Origin: Hemiscyllium ocellatum
Lineage: Eukaryota
Direction of reading: 5' to 3'
Length of the DNA: 64,000 bases
Assembly (NCBI RefSeq): GCF_020745735.1
Contig: NC_083410.1
Span: forward strand, 90,433,800 to 90,497,799
Position numbers and translations under genes: made by a program. The notes under the pieces are model-generated. The model saw nothing but the letters and a program-made list of their open reading frames with translations, searched no databases and had not been told where the DNA came from. The first letter of the stretch is position 1. Every line of letters begins with the position of its first letter. This document shows positions 61,860 through 64,000 of the stretch, piece by piece.

Positions 61860-64000
61860 GATTCTAGGTAATTCTATATGGAGGACGGGCAAAGATTGTA
61901 GCTGTAAGAGCTGCTCCTTTTTTGCAGGATCTTCGGTGACAGAGAAGATCCATGAACTCCAGGAAGGGGAATTATTGTTTTATAAGCTATTGCATTGTTT
62001 TCAAAATTTGGGGAAAAGAAAGACCAAAGCAACGACGATTTAAAAAGGAGGAAGAGAGACAATGTTAGAGATCACATGGTCAGCGAAAGAGAGAAACAGA
62101 GAAACCTACACTGCTGCCTGACACAGCAGTGAATGTAGAGCGAGGTGCTGGAAAAGGACTTCCTAGAAGCAGGAAAATAGATGTTTTGGGCACAATCCCT
62201 TCATCAGGAATGTCCGAAACGTCGATTTTCCTGCTTCTCAGATGCTGCCTGACCTACTGCGCTTTCCACAACCTCACTCTCGACTCTTAATCTCCATTAT
62301 CTGCAGTCCTCACTTTTGCCACATCAGTGAATCTGCACAACTACTGCCTTCGCTTTTTGAGTTCATGTATTTCTGGGCACCAGAGGGCATCTAGGAAAAA
62401 GCAACAACACAGAAATCACAGCTGACCTTGGAGGAACCTGTGTGGGAGAATTCATGGCACAGGCTTTTACTTGTCATCTTGCAGATATTTTTTGTGTAAG
62501 TCTACCATAGTGAGTAGAGTGAGTTCTTTTTGGTTTTATGTTTTATTGAGCTCTGTCTCTTGATGAATATGTGAAAATAAAAAGGATAGGCAATAACTTA
62601 GCCTAGAGCTGTGCCTTTTAGCGCAGTAAGACTGGGATATTTTCTGGGTCTGCAGATTGCTCAGCCGCAATGGTGGCCTTTAGTAGAGTGATATAATCTT
62701 CCTGTCGGATATGGGATTTTCCGGACAGCTTCCATGTTACTGATGATGAGGATCTACAGTAAGTGTGTTTGTTTCTGGATGCCGTCAGATGGCATGAATT
62801 TGGTTGGAGAAGCAGTTTGAGGCAATAAGGAATTTATAGGAGGTCAGGGTGTGATGGATAGCACTTATAGGAAGAGAGAATAACCACAGATACAATCAGT
62901 TTGTTGGGTTACCTCCAGGAAAGGTAGGAGAGGGAGGCTCGTAGTGCAGGAGTCTCTGGCAGCAACCCCCATTTTAAACAAGCATGCTGTTGTGGAAAAC
63001 ATGAGGGGTGATAGACTGTTAGGGGAATGCAACATGAACAGCCACGTTTCTGGTACCAAGTCTGGCTCTAATGTAACAAGTGGCACGTCAGTTTCCAAAC
63101 GATCAAGGTAGTCAAAGGCTCAGATGGACGTTTCTGTGGCCAAGAGCGAAAAATCAAAATGGAGTGCTGTCTTGCTGCTGCCAGGATCAAGGATCTCTTG
63201 GAGAAGGTGCAGAATATTCTGAAAGGGGTGGGGCACCAGCAGGAGGTCATTATGCACATTGGAACTAATGACATAGGAAGGAAGAAAAGATGAAATTCTG
63301 AATGGAGAATATAAGAAGTTAGGCAGGAATTTAAAAGGGCGTCCTTGAGTGTAGTAATATCTGTATAAGTCTCAATGCCAAGAGCTAGTGAGTATAGGAT
63401 CAGGAGGATAGAGCAGATGAGTGCGTGGCTGAGGTACTGGTGCAGAAGACAAGGGTTCATATTTTGCTATCACTGGAACCTGGGGTAGAAGTGACCTGTA
63501 TAAGGAGAACAGATTGAATCTGAATTGGAAGGGGACTAATATACTAGCAGGGAGTTTTGCTAGATCTGCTCAGGTGGATTTAAACTAATAAGATAGGGGT
63601 GTGGTGGGAACGGGGAACCAGGGCAGTGGGTGGGACCCAGGGAAATAGTGAGAAAAATGTCAGTCTCAGACTGTAACATTTGGGAAAAGGAGGCGTTCAA
63701 ACAGTCAGGGCAGGCAGGAACAAGGCAGAAAACGAGTTAGGATTGATAAATTAAACTGAATTTGTTTCAGTACAAGATTCCAAACAGGGAAGACAGATGA
63801 ACTTAGGGAATGGTTAGACAAATGGGATTTAGAAATCATAGCAGTTGTGGGGATGTTGATTAGGGGTGTACAGGACTGGCAACCTAATGTTACAGAATAC
63901 AAAGGCTGTGGGAAGGAAAGAAAGGAGAAGCAAGAGAAGAGAAGTTGTGTATTTGATAAGGGATGGCATTACAGCTGTACTTACAGGATATTCCTCGGAA
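61860..64000 (+). mobile_element. CR1 5'UTR, ORF1 and EN start in the intron of gene E, with an inverted PLE insert at 62135-62319
   Basis: Colinear with 52080-53430 and 19430-21720. PLE TSD cacagcagtgaat / cacatcagtgaat. Confidence 0.78.

Overview
Eukaryotic, repeat-rich vertebrate DNA, most likely from a cartilaginous fish (inferred from HE1-type V-SINEs and the CR1 and Penelope families). The core content is a tandem birth-and-death cluster of five two-exon GPR139/GPR142-like class A GPCR genes, labelled A-E here, in two divergent subfamilies. A (+): intact exon 2 at 891-1765, exon 1 outside the window. B (-): complete and intact, 342 aa, exons 17044-16975 and 13964-13006. C (-): pseudogene paralog of B. 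D (+): pseudogene paralog of A that appears to have lost its TATA box and exon 1. E (+): promoter and exon 1 at 60964-61030, exon 2 predicted downstream. The ORF track misses all the short first exons. Both subfamilies share an identical 14-bp promoter element (ACCTGTTTGTTCAA) about 64-65 bp upstream of the TATA box. The B/C subfamily lacks both cysteines of the TM3-ECL2 disulfide, while A/D retain them. Intergenic and intronic DNA holds CR1, Rex1/Babar, Tx1 and L2-like LINE fragments, HE1 SINEs, PIF/Harbinger remnants, a Gmr1-type (PR-INT-RT-RH) LTR retrotransposon with a nested LTR element, and three families of Penelope-like elements carrying minimal hammerhead ribozyme motifs. One of these elements is inserted in GPCR C. 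Repeat boundaries were read by eye and are approximate unless target-site duplications (TSDs) are cited.
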